Below are positions 21,783-32,573 of a DNA stretch of 64,000 bases, piece after piece (position 1 is the stretch's first letter; each line of letters opens with the position of its first letter). The notes beneath the pieces are model-generated. The model made no database searches. It was not told the origin of the DNA and saw only the letters and a program-made list of their open reading frames with translations. The position numbers were made by a program, and so were the translations under genes. The stretch is from Amphiscolops sp. MND2022 (taxonomy: Eukaryota), in contig OZ076409.1 in the NCBI GenBank assembly GCA_964187785.1, positions 84,446,001 through 84,510,000 on the forward strand, read 5' to 3'.

Positions 21783-24700
21783 GCACAAAGCAGACAATAG
21801 TCGCTGCACAATAGCCAAGCATCCTGTTGAGTTGGAGCCTGGGGCTACACCGCACGGTGAAGGCGCGAGAAGAATGTCGCCTGACAAGGCGGAGCGCGCT
21901 AATCAAGAAGTACGCAATCTCCTGGCTTTGGGCATGATCCAACCTTCGCTATCACCTTGGGCGAGTGGAATTGTGATGGTAAAAAAGAAAAATGGGGAGT
22001 TGCGATTCTGCTGCGACTTTCGCCCCCTCAACGCTGTAACAATAAAGGACGCGTATCCCCTCCCACGCATCGATGAAAGCCTTTCACGCTTGGGTAAAAC
22101 CAAGATTTACACTAGCATTGATTTGGCCTGGGCTTTCTGGCAGATACCAGTGCGCAAAGCAGATAGGCAGAAAACGGCCTTTGCTTGCGAGCTGGGTTTG
22201 TTTGAATGGAGGCGTATGCCCTTTGGGATGTGTAACGCTTCAGCTACTTTCCAGCGAGCCATAGCGCGAGCGCTACGGAAAATTGTGAACCGGGAAGGAA
22301 GCATGGTGATGGCGTACATTGACGACATCGTCATTGCTACCGAGACAGTCGAGGACCACATGGTACGCTTACGCGACGTATTTGAATGTCTGCGCGAAGC
22401 TGGCTTCAAAATGAGAGTCGCTAAGTGCGACTTTATGAAGTCGGAAATCAAGTACCTGGGACGTGTGGTCTCTGCCGAAGGTATCAAACCTGATCCTAAA
22501 GCAGAGGTAAAACTACGCGATTGGGAAGTACCGAGGAACAAAACGGAGATGCAAAGCTTTTTGGGCTTCGCCAACTATTATCGAGAGTTCATTCCTTGGC
22601 ATGCCAAGCTTGTGGCCCCTTTGCATGCTATTACCGGCCGGGGCGCAACTTTCGCCTGGGGGGATGAGCAGCAACAGGCTTTCAACGCCGTCAAATTGGT
22701 TTTGATCGAGGCAACTGCCTTGGCGCAACCGGACTCGGAGGGCGAATTTGTGCTGGACACTGATGCCAGTGCTGTTGCACTTTCCGGCATTTTGCATCAG
22801 TGGCAGGGTCCTCCGGGCGAAAGGCGCCTGAGACCAATTGTGTATGGTAGCAAGACGTTGAATGCCACTCAAGCGAAGTATGGCGCTCCCAAGCTTGAAA
22901 TGTACGCAGCTTATTATTTCATCTTGAAGAATCACAGTTATCTCTGCTCCAGAAAGTTCATCCTTCGGGTTGACAATCAAGCTCTCTCTTGGCTCAAAAC
23001 GTATTCCACTGATCAGGCCTTGATTGGACGATGGATTATGGCACTCGAGAAGTACCATTTCAAAGTGGAGCATCGTCCCAGGACACAGCATAGGAATGCC
23101 GATGGCCTAAGTAAACGAACCAATGATTATCGGTGGCGAGAGAAGCAGCTCAAGAAGCTGCCAGCTGTGACAGACAAATGGAATTTCCTCTCACAGGAGG
23201 AGTTTGACCAGCTGCCCATTGCACCTTGGTTTGATTTGCATGTTCGGGTTATACCCAATCACCCCCAATTGCCCGCTCACTTGCGGAACACTAAACCAGA
23301 CCCCACAAATGCAGTTTGTCGTGTTGCACGACGGCGTAAGCGCCGTCAGGCCGCTGAGAAAAGGGAGAGGGCACTACGCGCTCCTCTACCTGAGGCACTA
23401 GTGCCTATATTGCAAACTCACGAAGACTTCTATCCAGATTATCCTGAGGACTGGATTGACGTCACTGAAGAGGCTAGGCAAGATTACTTGCTGCCTACAC
23501 ATGTGGCAAATATCCCCTCACGCATGACATATGCCCTTGACGAAACAGTGGAGCAAGCCGTGGCTTCCGCTCCAACGGTGGTTAGGCAAGCTGCCCTAGC
23601 CATCAAAGACATAGACACGGAACTTCATGAACATGCCAACACGGTGCATGGCATCAAGGATCTGCTTTTGGCACAGAATCGTGATGTGCATGTGCTAGCC
23701 ATAAAGAAGTTGGTAGCACAAGAGTCTATTGATCATGAAATTGTTCCTGAAGACGTGCGTGCGTTCGCACGTAACTATTACAAGCAGAAAAAAGATCTTC
23801 TGTTTGTAAACAAAAATGGAATTCTTTGTGTTAAGTATCCACCTCAGCAACGTCCATTGCACGAACGTCCGTGCATGATTGTAATGCCACAATTGTACCA
23901 GCATGAAATTTTGTTTCGTGCTCATGATGCCATGGGCCACCAAGGCATTGCAAAAGTGGTTTCGCGGATCCAAGAACGCCACACCTGGCCAGGTATTCGC
24001 CGCAGCGTTGGTCAGTACGTGAGTCAGTGCCTCACGTGCCAGCAAGTACGTGACAGGCCGGGTGACGTTCGGTTTCACTTGAAAAGTATCCAAAGTGGGT
24101 ATTTCAATGAGTTGGTCCAGTATGACCATCTGAACATGTGCCCCTCCGATAACAATAACACCGGCATATTGGTGATAATTGACCATTTCTCCAAGTTTGC
24201 GGAGGCTGTACCTTGCAGCCATGAAGACTACGATGCCGTGACCACGTCTAGGTTGCTTTTGCAGAAATGGTTTGCCAGACACGGCACGCCTACGCGGATG
24301 CAATCAGACAATGCCCCCAACTTGACTGCAGAGGTATCCAATGAGTTCATGAGGGCATCTCAGATCACAAAAGTTACCTCTACGGCGGGTCATCCGCGCA
24401 CCCAAGGCCTGGTTGAACGACAAAATCGGACTTTGCTGACTTTGTTGCGGGTATTTTGCTCGCGTCGCATGAGAGATTGGAACCAGCATTTGGATGAAGT
24501 CATAGGAGCGTATAACTCAACGCGCCACGCCACGACTGGGTTTTTACCCTACATGCTGACCCGAGGGACCGAAAAGGCTATTCCTCTCACCTATCTGTAT
24601 CCGGAGTTCGCAGCCAGATCATTTGAATCGCACGGAGATTATGTGGAGCATATTCTTGCTCGCCAGCAAGAGATTCATGACTTGGTGCGTAGAAACACGC

Positions 24701-25173
24701 ATCAGGCGCAACAACGTCAAAAGCTAAAGTACGATCGAGCTATTCGTGCAAACGCATACAATGTGGGAGACCCCGTTTGGGTATTCTGCCGCTATGTACC
24801 TCAAAAAGGATCACCGAAGTTGATGAGAGCTTGGCGTGGTCCGCACAAGGTTGTCCATGTACTACAAGATGGCCGCGTCTATATCCTGGACTCAGGACAA
24901 AAAGTGCACTTTGAGCGGCTGAAACCTCATCATGGTGGCCCTACGGAGTTTGTTGCGCTTCCCTCGGGGAGTGGCGAAGTGGTCGTGGTCATGGATCCTG
25001 AGCCTGAGCACTCTGCTGAGGAGATCCGACATGACTGCTCACAACCCTCATATCGCGAGGAAGAACCGCTGTCTGAAGCATCAGATGTATCGCTACCATC
25101 AAGGAGACGCCACTGGATGGACACCAGGTTGCCTACTAGACTGCTACAGTCGTCTCCACTATCAGCAATTTGA
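21763..25173 (+). CDS. pol: Pol: reverse transcriptase, RNase H, integrase (frameshifted from gag-PR)
   Basis: RT motifs LRFCCDFR, MPFG, YIDD, YLG; RNase H DAS..E..D..N(AD); integrase HDAMGH..CLTC and D,D(35)E (QYDH, QSDNA, LVERQN); C-terminal WRGP motif. Confidence 0.95.
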   Translation: MMIYSFKHKADNSRCTIAKHPVELEPGATPHGEGARRMSPDKAERANQEVRNLLALGMIQPSLSPWASGIVMVKKKNGELRFCCDFRPLNAVTIKDAYPLPRIDESLSRLGKTKIYTSIDLAWAFWQIPVRKADRQKTAFACELGLFEWRRMPFGMCNASATFQRAIARALRKIVNREGSMVMAYIDDIVIATETVEDHMVRLRDVFECLREAGFKMRVAKCDFMKSEIKYLGRVVSAEGIKPDPKAEVKLRDWEVPRNKTEMQSFLGFANYYREFIPWHAKLVAPLHAITGRGATFAWGDEQQQAFNAVKLVLIEATALAQPDSEGEFVLDTDASAVALSGILHQWQGPPGERRLRPIVYGSKTLNATQAKYGAPKLEMYAAYYFILKNHSYLCSRKFILRVDNQALSWLKTYSTDQALIGRWIMALEKYHFKVEHRPRTQHRNADGLSKRTNDYRWREKQLKKLPAVTDKWNFLSQEEFDQLPIAPWFDLHVRVIPNHPQLPAHLRNTKPDPTNAVCRVARRRKRRQAAEKRERALRAPLPEALVPILQTHEDFYPDYPEDWIDVTEEARQDYLLPTHVANIPSRMTYALDETVEQAVASAPTVVRQAALAIKDIDTELHEHANTVHGIKDLLLAQNRDVHVLAIKKLVAQESIDHEIVPEDVRAFARNYYKQKKDLLFVNKNGILCVKYPPQQRPLHERPCMIVMPQLYQHEILFRAHDAMGHQGIAKVVSRIQERHTWPGIRRSVGQYVSQCLTCQQVRDRPGDVRFHLKSIQSGYFNELVQYDHLNMCPSDNNNTGILVIIDHFSKFAEAVPCSHEDYDAVTTSRLLLQKWFARHGTPTRMQSDNAPNLTAEVSNEFMRASQITKVTSTAGHPRTQGLVERQNRTLLTLLRVFCSRRMRDWNQHLDEVIGAYNSTRHATTGFLPYMLTRGTEKAIPLTYLYPEFAARSFESHGDYVEHILARQQEIHDLVRRNTHQAQQRQKLKYDRAIRANAYNVGDPVWVFCRYVPQKGSPKLMRAWRGPHKVVHVLQDGRVYILDSGQKVHFERLKPHHGGPTEFVALPSGSGEVVVVMDPEPEHSAEEIRHDCSQPSYREEEPLSEASDVSLPSRRRHWMDTRLPTRLLQSSPLSAI

Positions 25174-27264
25174 CTATTCCAGTTCCGACTCAGAGCGTTA
25201 GCGCTCTGACGACTTGCTGTCAGATGCCCGAGATCATTCCCAGGCAGAACCTCCGGCGCAATTTGAAGCCTCAATGCCTCCCGATGAACAACCTCGGTCA
25301 TTTGAACCTGCCAATGACTACGAGCTTCCATTTTTATCCGAATCTGAAGTTATTCCGGAAATACCTCAATCGCAAGATAAACCCGTTGCAACTGGAGAAG
25401 CCGAAGTATCACTAGCGGGTACATCTGCTCCTCTGTTGACGAATCCTACATTGACGGATGTGCCTATTAGTATTCCCCAATTGCCGAATGGTACCTCCAA
25501 TCTCCAAAACACTGAAACCCGTGATACCGAGTTATCCAACACCAACGAGCCACCTGCTCGGAACAATGTCCCTAGTACGCGTAGCAGGGGCAGATCGCGA
25601 GCTGCTTTATCTCGTTGTTCGACACGAGCAACAAATTCCCGGTCGCAGAACGTGAGCGTGCGCGCTCAAAGGACTCCTAGTCGCAGAGGACGTCCTCGAG
25701 GACGACCTCCTCGGAGGCCACGAGGACACACTATTTCTTCACGGCAAACAGCTCGTGAAATTGACACACAGCCATCAATTACATCCGATTCTGACTCTGA
25801 TGCGCCCACCGCGCAGCTTACATCCGATGTTGACCAAGGCGCAACGCAAGTTAACCCACACTATGGCTTACGCCGGAATCGAGTACCTCGATATCGATGT
25901 GGAACCTGTGGGTTCCGCGATTGCACTTGTGTCATGGCTTTGAACAAATCTCCCACTATCCCACTTGGACCTGTGAAAGCTCTGGTGGATCCAAAGCCTC
26001 AACCTTTTATCCACAATGGTAAACTTCTTGTCAGTCGCGTTGTCATCCGCGCAGAGAAGACATACACCGGACTAGAAAGAGAACGTATCTTCCCAGTAGA
26101 CGTCGTGCTGGAAGAATTATCTAAGTCCAAGATTGCTGAGGAACCTTGTCCTCGCTTCAAGGAGTGGACAAGCGATCTCCGCGGATTGGAATTCACACTT
26201 GCCGTCACAGTGCCCCCTGTCACTCCTAACATTGTATTTGGACCTTTCAATTATGAGAGGGAACCCATCCAAATGGTCCGCTGTATCACCGCTGACCTCC
26301 TATCTGACAAATACGGCATCACCTGTCAGCCTGATGAAGTGTATCGCCCAGCCCAATATTGGTGGTTGCTTGTAACTGCCCCACATGCTCACTCTTTGGT
26401 CCAGCCTGACAGCTTGCGGAGCTGTCTAGAGAGTTTGCGGACTGTTGTCACTGATGAACTCATTTTGTGCTTCCACATCGTTGATCTTTATCGTGGAAAA
26501 CTACGGTTCCGATGGTGGCTAGAGCTGATTATCAGTTTGTTCGCCAGCTTCCCTCGTATCCGCCTTTTGGATGATTGGACCCATTCCTTCACCGAGCCTG
26601 TAACGATCCACACTGCACTTGGTACCCTGGATTCATGGTCAACAGCAAATGTGGATAATCAGTCCCTGTCGAGGTCCGTATGGCAGGATCTATCTGCTAT
26701 TCGTGGACAGAACCATATAGACCCAGCTGATGAAAAACGTCCCGGACGTCAGATTGTGTTTCCTGGTGCCCTACGACCAAATTTGGTCGACTACATTGTT
26801 TACGACCAAACTGATTTCTTGCAGGTGCAGGGCCACGTAGCAATTTGCTGCCCTGCAGATTTTAATACCAATTCTGCTGCCTTGCGCTACATTCTTCGCG
26901 AGTGTGGCAGCGACAAAATCTTCCAACTTCACCCAACAGTTGGTGAAGTCCTAACTATCCCATCCTCATTGTCTTTTATGGATAATCAAGTTATTCACCT
27001 AATGATAACACGCCCCTCCCAGCGTTCACCACAAATCACCGATGACTTTGTCTTATGCTTGGAGCACTTGAAAGCTTCATTATTGTCCAACGAAACCCCT
27101 GATATTCATTTCCCATAGTGGACCCTGAACGCCCACTTCGCAGTTTGGACAATTTTTATCATAGTGTCATGGACGTTTTTGCAGGAACTGATATCACTGT
27201 AATTCTGCATGATCGCGTCTATGTCTCCATTGCCAGTATTGAAAAACTTCCTGGCATCACTTAG
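25145..27264 (+). pseudogene. Post-integrase extension of Pol: AT-hook-like motif, Cys cluster and two TARG1/OARD1-like macrodomains; broken by a stop (25199) and a frameshift (~27113)
   Basis: ORFs 24932-25201 and 25214-27118 share a frame. Contains RGRPRGRPP and CGTCGFRDCTC; macro-like blocks at 26231-26575 and 26795-27215; the -1 frame after 27112 continues PIVDPERP..VMDVFAGTDITVILHD to TAG 27264. Confidence 0.7.
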
Positions 27265-28359
27265 CCTCAACGTAAATTTTTTTTGTTAAGTTTCTATTTG
27301 CTATCTTGATTTCTCATGCTTAATACGCGTTGCTTGTTACCTTCTGGTAGCATGCGTTGAAATCCATTGCCAGAATCACACTCCACTTCTTTTCAAAGGG
27401 GGAAGGGGTGTCTTCAACGCCCAATCCATCCTCTTGCATTTTCTTTGCATTTTTTGTTAGTCGTTGCTATCTTTATCTTAATGAAGGTTCAACGATTAAA
27501 GCCCGGGGAGCCCCAGTGCAATAAATAACCCAAAAACTCTACATGTATTGCTACGCCCGAAAGGTGCTATCTTTGTTTTTCTTTTCCAAGATTTCCAGAA
27601 GTTTCCTCCAGATTCCAACGTGATATCCAAAAAAATAAGGAGCGCGCGCGCTCCTGATCTGCAAATGGTCACTTTTGATCTACCTTTGTCTGCTTTACTC
27701 CAGCGCTTACTCTTACGAGCAGTTCGTAGTTTGCTTCTGATGCGCTCCTTGACAGATGCTACTGAACTCTATACAGGTATGGAGCTGCACATCAGTGCCT
27801 GTTGCCCAAACAAAGCCGAACTGTAACAAAAGTATCAAAGAAACAGCTTGTCTTCCTTTTAAACAGTGGTTTTACTGCTGAAAAGAAGTTTTAGCGAAAA
27901 GAACTTTTAACTGTGCTACAAACTGAAAATTTATTGTCGTGGAAAAGATGTTTTGCTGAGAACCACGTGCGCTTTGCAGCGTTAGCGCTCCGTAAAAGAA
28001 TTTTTAGACGTCCAAAAACCAAAGTGCTAGCAGTATCCTATTCAGACTTTTCCAGAAAACTCGTGCTGAAAAAGTGGTGCTTTTTTCATTGATGTATGGA
28101 ATCTTAGATTTGATCAATTTCAAGGTGCATTTTTGAGTACTGGTTTTCTAGCTCTCGAGCTAGTTCTGTTTCAACAGTTTCTGGACGATGCAGGTTCTCT
28201 GGATGGCTAGAAGCAAGACCTCATGGTTGCCCAATCAGCAAAAGATGACAGTGCCTCTGGACCGTTGCAACATCACCAGTTTGAGACCCCCGTGGATTGC
28301 ACTCATGATGTGGCGATGTATTCAATGCCAGCCTCTCCGCATGACAGGGACGTCATGCA

Positions 28360-28376
28360 TAAAGCCCGGGGAGTGA
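28360..28376 (+). promoter_or_regulatory. Polypurine tract of the family B element
   Basis: TAAAGCCCGGGGAGTGA immediately before the 3' LTR; the same sequence precedes 13792. Confidence 0.7.
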
Positions 28377-29146
28377 TGTAACGGCAAGCTCTGGTACAGC
28401 AATATCAACCGATTTTGCAACTTTGACATGTTCAGAAATTTTGTCAAAAATTCTAATCCGATGTGTGACGTGGCACTGAGCATGTGATTGCTCTTTTCGC
28501 TGTTTCCACGAAATTGGCAGGTACTTCGACAAAAAAGAGCAAGAACGATCAAAAACACGGGCGCGCCGCCATGACAGAAGCCAGAGACGGCAAGAACATC
28601 CGAAAATAGACTCTTTTTGAGTTGCTAACACCGGTTTTATCGATTTTCAGCATTATGCTACCCTATGTAGCGGAAACCGTAAAAATGAGTCTTTTCGCCT
28701 AAAGATCCTTGTTTGGTGCTTGGAGCCCCTGCGCCCCAGCTTTTTAGCTGTGTGGTTTGCCATATTCGTGCCTGTTTTCATGTATTTTCAGTGATTTTGG
28801 CTGTATTCAGTAGCGCTAGCGCTAGTTTAGATCTTATTCCCCAATTTTAGATCTTATTCACATGTCACCCTGGAACTGGAAATTTACCTTATTCTTGGCA
28901 TTGTTTTTATATGCTAGTTAAGCGGTGGTCTTTAGAGAGTCAGAAAGATGCCCGTTACTATTAGCAATCAACTGGGACCGGTTGGACAGTATTCGTCGAA
29001 GCACCCGCGGCCCCGGGACGTATTTCACCCCTGGAGGCAAAATGGATCTGTGGCGATGGGCGCCTGTCCCGAGCGATTCACCCATTCCTGCAGGTTCCTC
29101 CACCTCTGTTAACGCGTTAAGCGACCGATAACTGCTTGCCGTTACA
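28377..29146 (+). repeat. 3' LTR, family B, 770 bp
   Basis: Direct repeat of 13792-14564 with TG...CA ends. Confidence 0.93.
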
Positions 29147-29453
29147 CCACGTCTGTTGCAATGCGCTCAGGATCAAAATGGCAATTTTTTTTCACTTTGA
29201 ACGGTGTTTTTTGAGTTTTTCTGCCAACCTATGATAATTTTTCCAATTTTAGCCCATCAGTGGTTACTCGTCCCACTACTGTGTACACTTTCAAGAGTTT
29301 CAAACTGATGTTCAATAATTCATTCAGAATTGACAGGGGAGAGCTCGTTGTTCACAGCTGTTAAAGTCTAGCACCGAATGAGAGACAGTCGCATGCTGCC
29401 TCCCGCGATGAATACGCGTCTTATGCATGAAGACGGAAACATCAGACTAACTC

Positions 29454-31829
29454 CAGAGATGTTACTTTAGTGCGGGGATTTTCACGCAATTATGCGATGC
29501 GGGATGCGGAATTCTTATTGAGATTCTAAAAATGTTCAAAGTATGTGAAACATGCGCTAATCAGAGGACTTATTTGAAGAAAAATAAGTTCATCAAAACT
29601 AAATTTAACTCAAATCAGTATTACGATAAAGAACATAAGTTGCTTCAATGTTTCAGGTTTGAGGTTAGCACGGTCAGGTGACAGTACTTTGTTGTAGTAG
29701 GTGAATATTCGTTCAACACAAGCTGAAGAACACACCAGCAAACCATATGTTAAAGGCACTCTTGACAAGTTTGGCAGGTTTGTTTCACAGCCTACCCAAA
29801 AGTCTTTGATCGACTCATTTTCGTTCCGAAGATCTTCAAGTTTAAAATTGTTCTCTGTTATGGTACAAAAATTTCGGCATAATTGTTGATAACCAGAAAA
29901 TTCAGCATCGGGGACATCCTCGAAGTCAGGAATAGCAGTGAGTTCTGGTCGAATATTGAACTTGAATGCTGTTTTCGGGTTGGGGAATTGTGCCTCGAAA
30001 ATAAATTTACGGGCAGGATGCATACGCGATTCCTCGTGGAAGTACTTCGAAAATTTGCTGTAAGACTTTGCAGAAGCCTTACTTACTCACTGCTTAAAGT
30101 TTTCGGTCTCGGCTTTGGAAAAAGTTTCAGTCATTGATATCAAAACTTCGGAAACGGAATCTTCATGAAAGCGAACTTGAGAATCCAATTGGAAAACTAC
30201 ATGATCAATTAATCCTTGCATGAGTGCAGTCAAGCCCATATTTGATTCGAAAACTTTGAGAGTGTCAATTAACGGTTTCATCCTCTCGCTGACAAATTTA
30301 CACTCCAATAAAATTGATTTAAAATTCGATGATAAAAACTGGCGAAGATCTTCAAGAGTATCAGAATCAATTAGATCGATTGTTTCCGTTGCCAGAAAAG
30401 CTTTCTCAACCGGTAGAAACTCAGCATAGTAAGTCATAGTTTCGAAAGACGATGTCCACCTTGTTTCAATAGGATTAGGCGCTAGTTGTTTTTTGTATCC
30501 ACTTTGGTGTAGGAAGGTTAGATATCTTCGACGTCTGACCCCTGAGTGGCAGAAGTAGGCAGGGAACTTTTTTGCCCATGCAGCGCAGAGAAAAAATTCT
30601 TGAGTGAAATCCTTAATAACAAGGTTTAAAATATGGCACACACACGACAAATGAACACAATTTCGCAAATTGAGTTTCAGCGAATTCTTATAAGAAGTTA
30701 GCATGTACCCAACATTGTGTGTTTCGTATGCCACTACATCTCTCAGTCGTATGGAGTTATCAGACAAACATTCCAGAAAGTGCTCCACAACTAGACTTCG
30801 ATCTAAGGGCTTGTCCTGGAACACAATTTCAGCTAGAAAAGGCTTAATGTCAGGTTCAGTTGGTGGTACAGTAGCCATTGCTATGACGCAAACGTTTCTG
30901 GCATCAGAGTCGATTGTCTCGTCATAGAATATCATGATTTTTTTACCTTTGAAATGAGCCTTCATTTTATCTTTGTCAGATATAAAACAATCTGTCAAGT
31001 AACGCGATAAACCATTCCTTGGCGGGATTGAGCCAACATAAGGTACGTGTTTTAGTAAGAAGTTTCGCATTAAAGATGAACTAGCAGCATTAAGAGATAT
31101 TTTGGAACCAGCGCAGGCTCGAACCCAGTCGGTAATAAGTGTTAAATTGTCTAGTCGTGCTTCGTTTGGTACCGGAAATGTTGTAAAGAGTGTTCCTTGT
31201 ACTTGTTTTTTCTCCATTGGTGTCGATTTGTGCTTTTTAGGAGTATCTGATTGAAGATGAGCATTTAAATCTGATTGCCGTGAATGATCCGTTCCAACTG
31301 AGCAATATCTGCAGAATAATTGAGCTTTTTCAGCAGAGAAGTTTGAGTTTTGGAACATTTTTGCGCGCGTTTGGGCATCCGCAGATGAAGATTGATATCT
31401 TTTCCGTTTCTTTGTTTTATCCAGTAAAAGAGACGACTGATTGTAACCTCTAACAGGGCTGGGCAAAATTAATTCCAAATCAGAATTATCAAAATCGTTC
31501 ATTTTTGAATAATAATTTACGATCAATTCAGACAGAAACTCAGAGCACTAAGTTGCATTTCTCAGAATTATAAGGTATTTCAAATCATACTGGCAACGCT
31601 GATGATTTGTGAGAACGAGATTGTATTATTTTGCAATTCTCAGAAATTGATACTAGCCATGCTGATTTGCGCTGGTGAGAACGCAAATATTTTGTTTTAC
31701 AGTTCTCAGAAATTTGCGGCAACGCTTGGCAATATAGCGCAATTGTGCGGCAATGTGTGCGCGACGAAAATTACGTCATATTATGCGGAAATGTGGGGGT
31801 TTATGCGCCCCATAATTGTAACATCTCTG
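29454..31829 (-). mobile_element. hAT-superfamily DNA transposon (CGGBP1-like group), near full length
   Basis: TIRs CAGAGATGTTAC / GTAACATCTCTG; flanking duplication GACTAACTC (29445-29453, 31830-31838); ATGCG subterminal repeats; transposase inside. Confidence 0.88.
29610..31526 (-). pseudogene. hAT transposase, frameshifted near 30020-30090
   Basis: Zn-finger LFCRYC..LNAHLQS; YDETID; CVCHILNL; TRWTS; C-terminal SSACVERIF in ORF 29610-30023. Confidence 0.85.
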
Positions 31830-32573
31830 GACTAACTCCAGAGTAGTTCGCCATTAATTGGACCTTCGGTCCACTTGACGTCAACCAACCTATAATACAA
31901 ATGTCGCTTTCTTATGTTGTAGATGCTTTATTTGAAGTAGTAATTTGATGTAAAAAAACATGAACAGTAGCGCTGCTTCTGTGTGTACTAAAAATCAGTC
32001 CGATAACACAAAAATTGCGCCATACATTAAACTCATTTTGGATTCACATAATTTTGTAAAAGGTTTCACTTTATGATTTTATTGTACACCTCAGAATGCA
32101 AAATCATGGTTGAAAAGACAAAACGAACAGTTATAGTCAGGGCTGGGGCCAGAAACTACGGGCGCCAGTGTCAGCAAACAAATCGCTGGCTTTGTTTAAT
32201 TACGGAATATTTCAACTGTGATGTACAAATAAAATTGACACTTCAATTGGCATGGTCGTTAAAGTGGATGATTACGTAATTCAGCGTGAAAAATCTACTT
32301 TTTCACACATCAATTAGCAACGTAAACTTTATTTTGCGAAACAAGGGTGCCTTTTCATACTGCAGAAAATGAAAATTTGGTCCCAAACAGCTGAATTCAA
32401 ATTACTAGCTTTTAGTGCTGTTACAGCCAATATGTTGGATTTTGATTTATTTGGAAAGGTTTGCATATTTGTTGTATGGCTCGGTCGTTTCGCTCCCTTC
32501 GCCAAGTAGCAACATTGAGGCATGGCCTTATGGCACTTCGCTCCGCTTCTCTTCGCTGCTGCATTCAGGGCAC

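Larger units (their letters stand above)
12980..29146 (+). mobile_element. Ty3/Gypsy LTR retrotransposon (family B) with a truncated tandem partner at its 5' end
   Basis: LTRs at 13792-14564 and 28377-29146, PBS, PPT and gag-PR-RT-RH-IN order; extra LTR start 12980-13076 followed by a duplicate of the 3' internal segment. Confidence 0.92.

Noticed and set aside
21763..21790. Programmed gag/pol frameshift
   Set aside because: It falls between protease and RT, has no clear slippery heptamer, and a single-base insertion explains it; the element has other lesions.
19804..24489. Antisense ORFs over gag-pol
   Set aside because: Shadow frames of a GC-richer coding region with no motifs.
25214..27118. 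env gene
   Set aside because: No signal peptide or transmembrane anchor; in frame with the post-integrase segment and macrodomain-like.
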